Source: Octopus vulgaris (Eukaryota). From it: a stretch of DNA of 64,000 bases. A program made the position numbers and the translations under genes. Location: assembly GCA_951406725.2 (NCBI GenBank), contig OX597839.1:5890001-5954000 (forward strand), given 5' to 3'. Under the pieces are notes generated by a model. That model made no database searches and had not been told where the DNA came from. It was given only the letters and a program-made list of their open reading frames with translations. Positions within the stretch are counted from its first letter, which is position 1; the number at the start of each line of letters is the position of its first letter. Positions 1-14,392 of this stretch are shown piece after piece.

Positions 1-73
1 TTACCAAGCCATTAAGTTATGGGAACATAAACACACCAACACCGGTTGTCAAACAGTTGGGTTAGACATACAC

Positions 74-445
74 AGTGGTTAGGGCAGCGGACTCGCGGTC
101 ATAGGATCGCGGTTTCGATTCCCAGACCGGGCGTTGTGAGTGTTTATTGAGCGAAAACACCTAAAGCTCCACGAGGCTCCGGCAGGGGATTGGTGGTGAT
201 CCCTGCTGTACTCTTTCGCCACAACTTTCTCTCACTCTTACTTCCTGTTTCTGTTGTACCTGTATTTCAAAGGACCGGCCTTGTCACTCTCTGTGTCACG
301 CTGAATATCCCCGAGAACTACGTTAAGGGTGCACGTGTCTGTGGAGTGCTCAGCCACTTACACGTTAATTTCACGAGCAGGCTGTTCCGTTGATTCGGAT
401 CAACCGGAACCCTCGTCGTCGCAACCGACGGAGTGCTTCCATCCA
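74..445 (+). mobile_element. tRNA-Arg(TCG)-like SINE, family R1 (tail type A)
   Basis: Head agtggttagggcagcggactcgcggtc...ggtttcgattccc with A/B boxes; shared with the copies at 10443, 14393, 35448 and 63428. Confidence 0.85.
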
Positions 446-757
446 CAATGATGTACACAATGATGATGTGATGTTACTGGGTACTAATCCCACAGAATGA
501 GTGATTGGTACTTATATTCTCGAAGCATTTATCACTATAAACCAGTGACGTACAGACATCTTTTTAAGGTGACCTCATTCCTCATTCTGTCTACTGAAAA
601 TCCTCCGATGATTTGAAGAGTGAAAACATGTGCAGCCCTTACTAGTTGGAAGTGCACAGTAAGCTATAACCTTCGTTTGCCACTTATGTTTCAAGCCAGG
701 CAGATCTGCAGCGGGGCTGAATAGTCATCTGAGAGTTCATGGACGGAAAGTCAGAAA

Positions 758-886
758 TACCTATTTCTTTATTACCCACAAGGGGCTAAACATAGAGGGG
801 ACAAACAAGGACATACATAGGTATTAAGTCGATTATATCGACCCCCAGTGCGTAACTGGTACTTATTTAATCGACCCCGAAAGGAT
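758..886 (-). mobile_element. 5'-truncated SINE, family M
   Basis: Reverse complement of the ...ttcatcctttcggggtcgat...aaagaaataggta tail; 12-bp TSD GAAAGTCAGAAA at 746-757 and 887-898. Confidence 0.85.
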
Positions 887-984
887 GAAAGTCAGAAAGA
901 TCATTGGCAAGAAGGAAGCACAAGGAGACAGCATTCACTTGTAAGATAGAGCAATCACCATGCATGTATGCATATACAAATGTG

Positions 985-3535
<2,551 letters not shown>

Positions 3536-3715
3536 GAAAATTTTGACTCACAACCGCATAAATTTCTATTTCATAGAAGCTAGTAAAAAAAAAAATAGCA
3601 TTCTTGATTATTCGGACACATTGTCGACAGAGTGTGTGTAGTTTCACTTTCTGTTTCTCTTGTTTCTTATTGCATATTCTCTCTCCAAGAAGAAAGTGTT
3701 GTCTGCAAGTAAATA

Positions 3716-3937
3716 TACGGGGTGGTGTGCTGAAGAGTTCCTGGTTTTAAGGGTATCGCGAAACGTTTGGCTGCAGGCCCAACATCCCTGGTTCTTTTAC
3801 AGAGCTTAGAAAACCTGAATGACCGCTGCAATAAGTGTGTGAATTTGGGTGGGGAATGTGTTCAAAAAGATCAAATTTCACTGGTCCCCCTGCATTTTCT
3901 ACCCCAAACCAGGAACTTTTCGACCCGCCCCTCGTAT
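3716..3937 (+). mobile_element. Non-autonomous mariner-derived MITE
   Basis: TA-flanked imperfect TIRs (cggggtggtgtgctgaagagttcctggttt / aaaccaggaacttttcgacccgcccctcg); retains a transposase C-terminus-like stretch, RCNKCVNLGGECV. Confidence 0.65.
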
Positions 3938-3970
3938 ACAGGTTGGGGGGGGCGTGTGTGTGTGTGTGTA

Positions 3971-4170
3971 CACGAGGGATTACTGGAAAATTCCTGGCTT
4001 TAGGGGTGTCGCGAAAGGCGTAGTTGCAGGCCCAACTTTCCGGGTTCTTAGAAAAACTGAAAAAGTGTGTGAATCTGAGGGGGGAATATGTTGAATGAAA
4101 GGATTATTAAGTGATCCACCTGTATTTTCTTTTACCCAAATCCAGGGACTTTTCAGCACCCCATCTCGTA
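3971..4170 (+). mobile_element. Second diverged copy of the same mariner-derived MITE
   Basis: Aligns to 3716-3937 (ttcctggctttagggg, gcaggcccaac, aagtgtgtgaat); ends cttttcagcaccccatctcgta. Confidence 0.6.
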
Positions 4171-4334
4171 TTTAAAGATGGTTGTAAGTAGCGAAAATAG
4201 AAAGAGTGAAAGGCCGCTCTGAGTATAAACCAGATCTGGGGAGTGAACTTCCCCGTAACATGTAAGGATATAATGGGTCTGTGTCTCACTACTTGGCTGT
4301 TTGAAGTTCCACTTTATTAATATTTAGAGATGTA

Positions 4335-4672
4335 AGGCTCATGGTTCAGTGGTTAGAACATCGGACTCACAATCTTGTGGTAGTGAGTTCGATTCCCGGA
4401 GCGGGCTGCGTGTTGTGTTCCTGAGCAAGACACTTTATTTCATGGTTGCTCCATTTCATTCAGCTGTACAAATGAGCTGCGGCGTCACTGGTGCCAAGTT
4501 GTATCGGCCCCTTTGCTTTTCCCTTGGATAACATCGGCGGAGTGGAGACGGGTGGCTGGTATGCATGGGCGATCGCTGGTCTTCCATAAAAAACAATCTT
4601 GCTCAGACTTGTTTCTCAGAGGGGAACTTTCTAGATGCAATCCCATGGTCATGAATGACCGAAAGGAGTCCG
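4335..4672 (+). mobile_element. tRNA-derived SINE, family R2
   Basis: Head ttcagtggttagaacatcgg...gagttcgattccc; body gtgttcctgagcaagacactttatttc...gaccgaaaggagtc, shared with the copies at 11621, 22610 and 23052. Confidence 0.85.
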
Positions 4673-5329
4673 TTCACATGGGCGAATGCGGGGACCTTCT
4701 CTGGGAAATACTAGGTGTTGACAAAGATGAACTAGTTCAAAAGTCGAGGAACTTTTTTAATCAATTACCCCAAATTATTTTCGCCGACTTTACCCCTTGA
4801 TTTGAAAGGAAGAAAACCATAGATTCTTTGAATTTAAAAGGTTTGTTGAATTTATTTTATTGAATCTATATGAATATATTTACATATCCATTACAATGGA
4901 CAGATGCAGTGTTGACAGAAGAAAAAATTCTGTCGTAACAAGGAGCCCCTTGTTTTATATAATTTAACTTATGTGTAATTAGTTCTCATTACTCCCAAGA
5001 ATTTCATTTTTACACCCCTTGCAGTAATTTACCCCAGTTCGCCAATCCCTGAACTAGTAGCTCTGTTCCGGGGTCGGTTTTCTTTTAAGGCGGGTACGAC
5101 TAAGGGCAACTACTAGAAATCTTTAGCCTGAAGAGGTAAATCAAGTGCAGTGCCAGTTCGAGATTATTTCTACAGAAGTGGAACAAAAAGGCTTGTTGCT
5201 ACCAAAATCTCTGCACAATATCCCTGCTAAATTATATTCGTGCATAACGGCTCACCAGCGTCCTCCCAACGATTAGCCAGAGATGATTTTTTAAATGAGA
5301 ATATCTGAAATAAAATCGACTGCTCTCAC

Positions 5330-5797
5330 AAACGAGAATACTAAAATTGAACCCCGACCATTCTCAAAAATTAAGTAAAAAACCGGAAAAATAATCCAGG
5401 ATTCTTGTCTAGTACCTGATTGATCCCAATATGGTAGTCATGGGGTGTGAAGGTGGCTGTAAAAAATTTAGTAACAGTAATAGATAGTTTATCTTTATCT
5501 AATACAAACCAAAGTTAACAAATTCACCATTCAAAATAGTTACAGCCTAAAGGGAGATAACTGAGAAATACTTGAAAGTTAACGTAAGATCGTAATCATA
5601 TAAATATAACAGATAATCCAGAATCCTTGTCCGGTACTGGATCGATCCCAAAATCTAGTCAGTTCATGCCAGTCACGAGGCCAAACATCCCTGACAGTTT
5701 CATCCGAATCCATCCAGCAGTTCTTGAGATATCTTGTCCACGGCTAAACAAACACGACTGAAAAGAATACCCCCGCCTTCGCTAGGGTGGAAGTAAT
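5330..5797. mobile_element. Unclassified interspersed repeat (possibly a rolling-circle non-autonomous element)
   Basis: Internal duplicated motif ataatccag(g)a..cttgtc..gtac..gat.gatccc (~5391 and ~5612) and a GC-rich terminal hairpin ccgccttcgctagggtgg. Confidence 0.35.
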
Positions 5798-5936
5798 AAT
5801 AAATTTTGAGCGTAACAAAAATAGACAAATTATTTTCACATGAAATTTATCAGTGCTCGATAAAAAATAAAATTACATCAATTTCAGAGCTTTAATATAA
5901 CATTAGTGCGAATAATTATATTCGTACATATACACA

Positions 5937-6365
5937 GGCGCAGGAGTGGCTGTGTGGTAAGTAGCTTGTTTACCAACCACATGGTTCCGGGTGCAGTCCC
6001 ACTGCGTGGCATCTTGGGCAAGTGTCTTCTACTATAGCCTCGGGCCGACCAAAGCCTTGTGAGTGGATTTGGTAGACGGAAACTGAAGGAAGCCCGTCGT
6101 ATATATGTATATATATATATATATATGTATGTGTATGTATGTGTGTTTGTGTGTCTGTGTTTGTCCCCCTAGCATTGCTTGACAACCGATGCTGGTGTGT
6201 TTATGTCGCCGTTACTTAGCGGTTCGGCAAAAGAGACCGATAGAATAAGTACTGGGCTTACAAAAAAGAATAAGTCCCGGGGTCGAGTTGCTCGAATTAA
6301 AGGCGGTGCTCCAGCATGGCCGGCCGCAGTCAAATGACCGAAACGAGTAAAAGAGTAAAAGAGTA
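5937..6365 (+). mobile_element. Full-length tRNA-derived SINE, family G (internal microsatellite)
   Basis: Head ggctgtgtggtaagtagcttg...ggttccgggtgcagtccc, central (TA)/(TG) tract, 3' part ...ggcggtgctccagcatgg...(gagtaaaa)n. Confidence 0.9.
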
Positions 6366-6858
6366 TACGTGTACGAGTGGGGGTGGATGTCTTTGACTGT
6401 GGGTGTATTGGTGTGAGTGGGTATCCCCATGAAGACAGAATACCAATTGTACCTAAGTCATTTCCTATCCCTCTTTCCCTTTCTCTGTTTCTCTCCTTCT
6501 CTCTCTCTCTCTCCCTCCCTCTCCCTCTCTCACTCTCCTCTAATATTAATACAAGGCATCATATAAGGAAATACTTGATGCGATGCCAAATCCAATTCTT
6601 CTACTTACTTCATTTGCAAATCATTAACAATCAACGGCCATCTTCATTTCCTACGGAAGCCATTCCTTTGCAATTATTGTTGTCGTTGCTGTTGCTGTTG
6701 TTGTTGTTGATAATGGTGATGATGCGGATGAGCTAATGGTCATTACGATGCTGGTGGTATATGATGATTATAATGATTGAAGTATTAATAACTATGAACT
6801 ATGCTGTTGGTCATCAGGTTGGTACGTGTACAAAATCTACATACATTCGTACAAAGAT

Positions 6859-6910
<52 letters not shown>

Positions 6911-7022
6911 GGACGGGGAGGAATGTGTTTGTGTATACATACGTATATGTATCCATGTGTATGAGCAAATATACGTATATATATATATATATAAATATTT
7001 ATATATATATATTTATATATAT

Positions 7023-7091
<69 letters not shown>

Positions 7092-7244
7092 CTTACATAT
7101 ATATATGTGTGTGTGTATGTGTGTGTATGTAAATATGTATATGTGTGTATATATGTGCGTGTATATGTATGTCTGTATATATATGTGCGTATGTGTGTGT
7201 GTCTGTGTATATATTATATATATATATGTATGTATATTCAAAAT

Positions 7245-7447
7245 GTGACCGCGTGTGTACCGTTGGCGATTTTTTTGACTCCGTCTTCCCTTCTTTGGAT
7301 CTTTCCTTTTCCTATGTTTCTGAAGAAGAGCTCCGCTCGAAACGTTAAACCCTCCTTCTTTCCTTATTTCTTGAGCGTCCAATAATACTATATTTGTTCC
7401 ACGTCCTCGCGTTGTTGTGTTTTCTCTTTGTGTCTTCAGGTTTGGAT

Positions 7448-7452
<5 letters not shown>
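7245..7452 (+). mobile_element. Penelope-like pseudo-LTR fragment
   Basis: Carries the CTGAAGA..CGAAAC motif typical of PLE termini, with a T-rich downstream tract; embedded in TA microsatellites. Confidence 0.6.
7316..7350 (+). ncRNA. Minimal type I hammerhead ribozyme motif
   Basis: gttt-CTGAAGA-a-gagc tcc gctc-GAAA-cg-TT-aaac: stem I gttt/aaac, stem II gagc/gctc, palindromic ACGT in place of stem III. Confidence 0.6.
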
Positions 7453-7501
<49 letters not shown>

Positions 7502-7544
7502 TACATACATATTTATGAATATACATTCACATACGCATATATAT

Positions 7545-7717
7545 GTGTGTGTGCGTGTGTTTGTCCCCCCCCCAACATCACTTGACAACCTATGCTGGTG
7601 TGTTTACGTCCCCGTAAACACGCCATAAATGTTCTGGGGTCGATTTGCTCGACTAAAGGCGGTGCTCCAGCATGTCCGCAGTCAAATGACTTGAAACAAG
7701 TAAAGGAATAGAATAAG
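7545..7717 (+). mobile_element. 3' half of a family G SINE
   Basis: gtgtttgtcccc...cttgacaacc...ggggtcgatttgctcgactaaaggcggtgctccagcatg. Confidence 0.8.
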
Positions 7718-7718
7718 C

Positions 7719-7750
<32 letters not shown>

Positions 7751-7855
7751 GTGTGTGTATATATATATATAATACGCATATATATATATACATATATATT
7801 ACGCATATATATATAACGCACATATATATACATTTATCTATACATATATATAATA

Positions 7856-7893
<38 letters not shown>

Positions 7894-8450
7894 CATATAT
7901 ATATATACATATATACATACATATATATAATACGCATAGTGTTGTCATTGCAAAAAATTAAGAACAAGGAAATAAATAGACGTAAAAAAAAACACACAAT
8001 TAAAATACAGATAAATATAGAGAGAAAAACTGTAAGTTGTAGTTAATTAGTTAAACCGGAAGCTGATAGAAACCAACTGAAGTGGTTGTAAGAAACAAAG
8101 TTCGCAAACATTTACGCCCATACCGGAAGTTAGCAAGAAGAAAAAAAAAATGAAGGCAAACAGCTGTAGAAATGAAAACCTCGTTTTTACTATTCAGTTG
8201 ATACGTAGCATTCGGTAAAGCCAATTCAATGTAATATATAAAAGACATGTGAAGTAATTAATTTTACGCCTTATAATAGTAACACGGATGTGTGAGGTTC
8301 TTTTTATATTTCTAGCATTTCGTTTCGTTTCGGGTTTTGTTTTTGGAAAATAGTTGTGGTTTTCTGTCATATTTTTGGGGATCTTTTTCCTGTTTGTTCA
8401 TTTATTATCTTAATATATGAAATTGAGTGTATGGCCACAATTTCGCAGCA

Positions 8451-9502
8451 AGGCGCAGCAGGAATGGCTGTGTGGTAAGTAGCTTGCTAACCAACCACAT
8501 GGTTCCGGGTTCAGCCCCACTGCGTGGCATCTTGGGCAAGTGTCTTCTGCTATAGCCCCGGGCCGACCACTGCCTTGTGAGTGGATTTGATAAACGTAAA
8601 CTGAGAGAAGCCCGTCGTATATATGTATATATATATATATATGTGGCTGTGTGGTAAGTAGCTTGCTAACCAACCACATGGTTCCGTGTTCAGTCCCACT
8701 GCGAGGCATCTTGGGCAAGTGTCTTCTGCTATAGCCCCGGGCCAACCAATGCCTTGTGAGTGGATTTGGTAGACGGAAACTGAGAGAAGCCCGTCGTATA
8801 TATGTATATATATATATGTGGCTGTGTGGTAAGTAGCTTGCTAACCAACCACATGGTTCCGGGTTCAGTCCCACTATGTGGCATCTTGGGCAAGTGTCTT
8901 CTACTATAGCCTCGGGCCGACCAATGCCTTGTGAGTGGATTTGGTAGACGGAAACTGAGAGAAGCCTGTCGTACATATGTATATATATGTATGTGTGTGT
9001 GTGTGTGTGTTTGTGTTTGTCCCCCTAGCATTGCTTGACAACCGATGCTAGTGTGTTTACGTCCCCGTCACTTAGCGGTTCGGCAAAAGAGACCGATAGA
9101 ATAAGTACTGGGCTTACAAAGAATAAGTCAAACAGCTATCGATAATTCAACCCAACCAGTTCCTACGAGGAAGAAATTACATTCGAGACTTTACCCCCAA
9201 CACCGCCACTTCTGCTAATAGCTGCTGCAGCCGCAAGTTATTCGAATACTTTTTTGTTTACACTTTCTTTATAACTACCACCCCAAACGTTTTACCTTAA
9301 ATTTTTGACGTACCCTAAGGGTCCTCGGACGCTACTTGCAAACTCTTGGTTTATTATAAACCGCTCTTGTCGTGTGCACCAAAAAACCTTTTCCATTCGT
9401 TTGTTCAGTTTGGTCACTTTTGACTTTTCGTTGCTCGACTAAAGGCGGTGCTCCAGCATGGCAGCAGTCAAATGATTGAAACAAGTAAAAGAGTAAAAGA
9501 GA
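8451..9502 (+). mobile_element. Family G SINE with triplicated 5' half and a ~300-bp interruption
   Basis: Head repeated at ~8465, ~8644 and ~8818. The body stops at ~9129 and resumes at ~9431 (ttgctcgactaaaggcgg...gagtaaaagaga). Confidence 0.85.
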
Positions 9503-9581
9503 CAGGCATATTTTCAAGGGGAATATAATTCCTGGATATATAGACGCTTTCCGATATCTACTTTTTTTTTTTATCAATTCA

Positions 9582-10038
9582 ATTTTTATTGGCTCAAAAA
9601 GCAAAAGCAAGGCCATGTAGGGAGACAGGGAGTTATGTACAGGGGAGGGGGTCATACAAAGAGTTCAGGCCATTTCTGGTCAAGAGAGACTTAGAACCGA
9701 GTGGTCGTCGGCATCTTCACTATCTCGTCCGACAGCTTATTCCACGGATCCGCAACCCGGACGGAGAAAGCCCCTCTCCTTCGATTGAGATGAAATCGTC
9801 GTAGATAGACCTTTTCGGAGTGACCCCGCAGCCGACGCTCTGGAGCAGGAGTGAAGAACAGCTCTTTCGAGAAGTTACACTTTCCGCTTATGATGTTGAG
9901 CGGTCGTCGGCATCTTCACTATCTCGTCCGGCAGCTTATTCCACGGATCCGCAACCCGGACGGAGAAAGCCCCTCTCCTTCGATTGAGATGAAATCGTCG
10001 TAGATAGAGCTTTTCGGAGTGACCCCGCAGCCCACGCT
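9582..10038 (-). mobile_element. 3' end of a CR1-clade LINE with an internal ~138-bp duplication
   Basis: The minus strand encodes LRGHSEKVYLRRFHLNRRRGAFSVRVADPWNKL (CR1 ORF2 C-terminal RGH/FS.RV...WN.L motif); 9701-9838 is repeated at 9901-10038. Confidence 0.75.
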
Positions 10039-10077
10039 GATTCTATAAATCAGGGGAATGTCAGATGCTACTGGTAG

Positions 10078-10337
10078 TAATTTATACACGCCTATACGTG
10101 TGTATAATAATAAAATTATTGTATACAGTGCTCGGGTGCACCACAACTTGTCAAAAGTGCGTATAAAGTATATGCAGTAATGTACAAATGTCTGGAAAGC
10201 GAACAGTGTATGAATCAGATACATGCTTGTGTGTGTATGGAGGGGAGAAAATCAGGTGCAGTGTTGGCGAATCTCAGGAAGCATGGAAGTTTTGAAGGAT
10301 TCAGTGCTCCGACAACTAACAACTGATGCCGGCAGTC
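10078..10337 (-). mobile_element. 3' end of a second CR1/L2-like LINE
   Basis: Minus strand reads LPASVVSCRSTESFKTSM...*, followed by a UTR-like tail ending in (TTA)n. Confidence 0.55.
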
Positions 10338-10442
10338 AAATTGAAAGGCGTGGCCTATAGGGCAAATTCCTCATCTTTAAAATGTGGTCCGAGTAGACTA
10401 GAATGAAATCGGGTTATAATACTATAACCCGATTATAATACT

Positions 10443-10740
10443 AGTCACATGACCGATCAGACTATCGGATGTTGCTACACATCGCTGGTCACAATGCGCT
10501 TCGCATTGTTTAAGCCTTCAAATGACGTCACCCCGCTGGCTAAGCGAGCAGGCCAACAGAAGAAAGAGTGAGAGAAAGTTGCGGCGAAAGAGTACAGCAG
10601 GGATCGCCACTACTCCCTGCCTCGTTGAGCTTTAGGTGTTTTTGCTCAATAAACATTCACAACGCCCGGTCTGGGAATTGAAACCGCGATCCTACGACTA
10701 CGAGTCCGCTGCCCTAACCACTGGGCCATTGCGCCTCTAC
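10443..10740 (-). mobile_element. Family R1 SINE (tail type B)
   Basis: Reverse complement of the R1 head; 10-bp TSD TTATAATACT at 10433-10442 and 10741-10750. Confidence 0.9.
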
Positions 10741-10981
10741 TTATAATACTTGTATGTATCTAAAATCCTTTGTATCTCCGTCTGTTCCAAATGTATTCTC
10801 AAACAGCTCAACCAAATCAAATTAAATTTTACCTGGTAATACTATGAGACCCCAGGAGTGTCAACATGTAATTTTTTTTTTTGGTGGGGGGGGGATTAAT
10901 TTACGCTGCATACAAAAATACAGACCTACTATATACGGTACCTTATTAAACGCACACACACTTTTACATATACGTACCTGA

Positions 10982-11402
10982 AGGGCGGCGAGCTGGCAGA
11001 AACGTTAGCACGCCGGGCGAAATGCGTAGCTGTATTTCGTCTGCCGTTACGATCTGAGTTCAAATTCCACCGAGGTCGACTTTGCCTTTTATCCTTTCGG
11101 GGTCGATAAATTAAGTACCAGTTACGCACTGGTGTCGATGTAATCGACTTAATCCGTTTGTCTGTCCTTCTTTGTCCTCTCTGTGTTTAGCCCCTTGTGG
11201 GTAGTAAAGAAATACGTATTTTCATCTGCCGTTACGTTCTGAGTTCAAATTCCGCCGAGGTCGTTTTTGATTTTGCCTTTCATCCTTTCGGGGTTGATAA
11301 ATTAAGTACAAGTTACGCACTGGGGTCGATGTAATCGACTTAATCCGTTTGTCTGTCCTTGTTTGTCCCGTCTATGTTTAGCCCCTTGTGGGTAGTAAAG
11401 AA
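10982..11402 (+). mobile_element. Family M SINE with a duplicated 3' part
   Basis: ggcggcgagctggcagaaacg...gccttt(c)atcctttcggggtcgataaattaagtacc, a core that from memory resembles the MetaSINE domain. Second unit starts at ~11215; 16-bp TSD ACATATACGTACCTGA at 10966-10981 and 11403-11418. Confidence 0.9.
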
Positions 11403-11620
11403 ACATATACGTACCTGACGACTGACATGCGTGAAGTGTTAATACGAAATTTTGTTTTCATTTCCTTTAAAACAATACACATTTACTGTTCCGTTACCAG
11501 TCAATAATTATCGCAACGGTTGCAAGGCAGGGAGGTAAAATATAAAATTCTTTGTTTCTCTGTACACCTGCTTCTATTTCGTTAATTTACTCTGCATACA
11601 AAAATACAAACATACTATAT

Positions 11621-11969
11621 CGGGGACGGGGGACTCCCTTCGGTCACGACACTGACCATGGGATTGCACCTAGAAAGTTACCCTCCTAGTCACTAGTCTG
11701 GGCAAGGTTGTTTATGGAAGACCAGCAGTCGCCCATGCATACCGGCCTCCCATCTCTGTGCCACCGATGTTATCCAAAGGAAAGGCAAAGGGGTCGATAC
11801 AGCTTGGCACCCGTGACGTCGCAACTCATTTCTACAGCTGAGTGAACTGGAGCAACGTGAAATAAAGTGTCTTGCTCAAGAATGCAACACGCATCCCGGT
11901 CCGAGATTCGAGCTCACAACCTCACGATCGTAAGCTCGACGCTCTAACCACTGAGCCATGCGCCTTCAC
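11621..11969 (-). mobile_element. Family R2 SINE (tRNA-Arg ACG-like head)
   Basis: Full reverse-complement copy; 11-bp TSD ACATACTATAT at 11610-11620 and 11970-11980. Confidence 0.9.
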
Positions 11970-12627
11970 ACATACTATATACCGCACGTTATTAAACACA
12001 CACACACACAAACACATCTACACATACATATACATACTTGACGACTTGTTTATTTTTTTATTAACCACATAGGGTCGAAACACAGAGGGGGCAGCACAAA
12101 GTCAGACAAAACATAAAAGTGGGGGAAAAAAATAAAATGGAATGAAAAGAATAGTAACGATAAATGAAAAGGTGGAATGACGTCTACTCGAACCCCCAAC
12201 GCTCCGGTTAACATCACTGAACGTTTTTAGAAAAAAAAATATTAACACGTGTTATTTTATTTTTGTCTCTTTCTCCTTGCTGCGTGTTGCTTGTATTAGA
12301 TTCTCAGTGGACGGATTACCTGAGCGAAGTGCGGTTGCAAGGTAAATCATAAAATTCTTTGTCTCTCTCTAACAATTATTGTGGAATTTACCGTTAAATT
12401 ATCAGTTCTATATATGTGTAATTTCGTTCATTTGCTTATATTTCGTTAATTTATTCTGCATGCAAAAATATGGACTTACTATATACATACAACTACTAGC
12501 AAAAATAGAGATTCATGTTTATTTTTTTCTATGTTCACAATTTTTTGTTTATAATATTGAAAAAATATGCCACCAAAGAATAGAACTAATCTCTCCAGAA
12601 TCACGTATAAACTAATATATACTATTA

Positions 12628-13011
12628 CTAGCAGTATCACCCGGCGTTGCTCGGGTTTGTAAGGGAAATAACTATATAAGCATTTTTAGAGAGTTATAGC
12701 AAAAAAATGCATCAAAAATGGAAAAAAAATTATGGTAAATTTTTTTTTTAATCGTTGACTCATCGTACACATTTTTAGAGAGTTACTTTCCTTATATAAT
12801 AGCGAAAAATGCATTAAAATGGAAAAAAATGATGGTAAATATTTTTTTAAATCGTAGATTCATCGTAGACGCGCGCTAATACCCAGAAGGGCTCGATATG
12901 AATCACGACTATAAGATACCCGGTTTTGGTTAAACTGCACCGCAAAATGTGGGAGTAGTTAGGAATCTAAATCGTAGGAGACACACACAACTTGACTTTT
13001 ATATATAAAGA
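12628..13011 (-). mobile_element. Non-autonomous Helitron
   Basis: The minus strand reads A|TCTTTATATAT...cccgagcaacgccggg (subterminal hairpin)...CTAG|T, with no TSD. Confidence 0.8.
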
Positions 13012-13474
13012 TGTCAAATTTTGTTCCTGAACGGGAAATTTTTAATGTTATGACATTATTTCGTCTCGGAAGAGATTTGGGAACTACGGGAAAGGGCCAT
13101 TGACTGGTGTAGAAAATTTAGATTACTATCAAAACAAATTTGTTGTGGAGTACCTTAACTTGCATGCGTCTTAAACATATATACTCTGTTGTTTTATAGT
13201 TATTTCTGTTGTATATCACATCATAAAATGGGTGAAGGTAAAGCGAGTGCACACCCGCTAACCCTAAAACTAACCCTAACCGGTGTGCGCAGTAAAAAAT
13301 CTGATTTAAAACGATCAAGAATTTGCTAACGTCATTGTCGGGCCCCTCGTATCATTAATAATATCTGATACAAGTTACCGCCACTTGTATCGTCCGACAT
13401 GTTTGTTTATATTCGCGAGTGCCCGATTTCCGTGTTTTATTTTTTAGTATAAAATATTTAAAAATAGATGAATC

Positions 13475-13873
13475 GGATCTTTTCGGTTTGAACAGCAGTT
13501 TTTAACACAATTTCTAGGTAACTAAAAAATTTTAAGCTTCGTATACTGGTAGAATGTGTTTATAAAACATCTTTTTCTCTTGGTTTTATTGAGAAAATCC
13601 TATAGTTTGTAAGATATTTGTTGTTTTTTTTCTTCAATTTCTGCAATTTCAACCAATCACTGAGGTTCATTGAGGTAAAAAGCATTCTGTGCCGCATGAA
13701 TATGTCCCTCGTTTAAGAAACAGATTGGGTTTATTTACATTTGTGAAGAAAAAAAGATACCCCTAACCCTAAAATAGATTGAAATGCAATAGATCGATAC
13801 TAGGGTCATAATTATGGGTGACAATTTCATATGACACCGCTAGAAAAAACTGCCGTTCAAACCGAAAAGATCC
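13475..13873 (+). mobile_element. MITE with GG..CC TIRs and 8-bp TSD (Merlin-like)
   Basis: TIRs ggatcttttcggtttgaac.gcagttttt / aaaaactgccgttcaaaccgaaaagatcc; TSD GATGAATC at 13467-13474 and 13874-13881. Confidence 0.85.
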
Positions 13874-14392
13874 GATGAATCTTCGTAATTTTTTGCATAC
13901 TTCATTAATTTTGGATATATTTCCCATTTTCATAATTTCTTGTCGAAATTAGGCGTCATTTTCTTGGAGAGGTGTGCTTCTAAAGAAGCGCCGAAACTAA
14001 TGACATGTGCTGCTCAAGCGGTAAAGTGAGATTTCCAGCACTATCAGCTTCTCAACCTCTTTCAACATTTCACTTCCCAGTTAACGACTCCCACTGCAGC
14101 CGGTTTCCAGAATGTACCCACTTACGTACATCTCCATTACACCTCCATTCATTTGACTGTTAACCATACGATGGGTCGTGTTAGACGCAGTGCTGACCGC
14201 CTCAAAGGCGAGTATATCCTCTGACAGCTACCCCACCCCCAATTTTCCATGATCGGTTAGGGCGTGGAATCCTCAAACGGACGTATTACATGTCGATTAG
14301 TCGAATTAGACCATCATTTACTCCACAAACGTTTTGTCGTCAATGCTGTACTTTCCCGTATCACCTGTTTCAACATAACTGTAATATGTATA

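Noticed and set aside
8410-9031. 188-aa and 100-aa ORFs with internal repeats
   Set aside because: Antisense translation of the triplicated family G SINE head.
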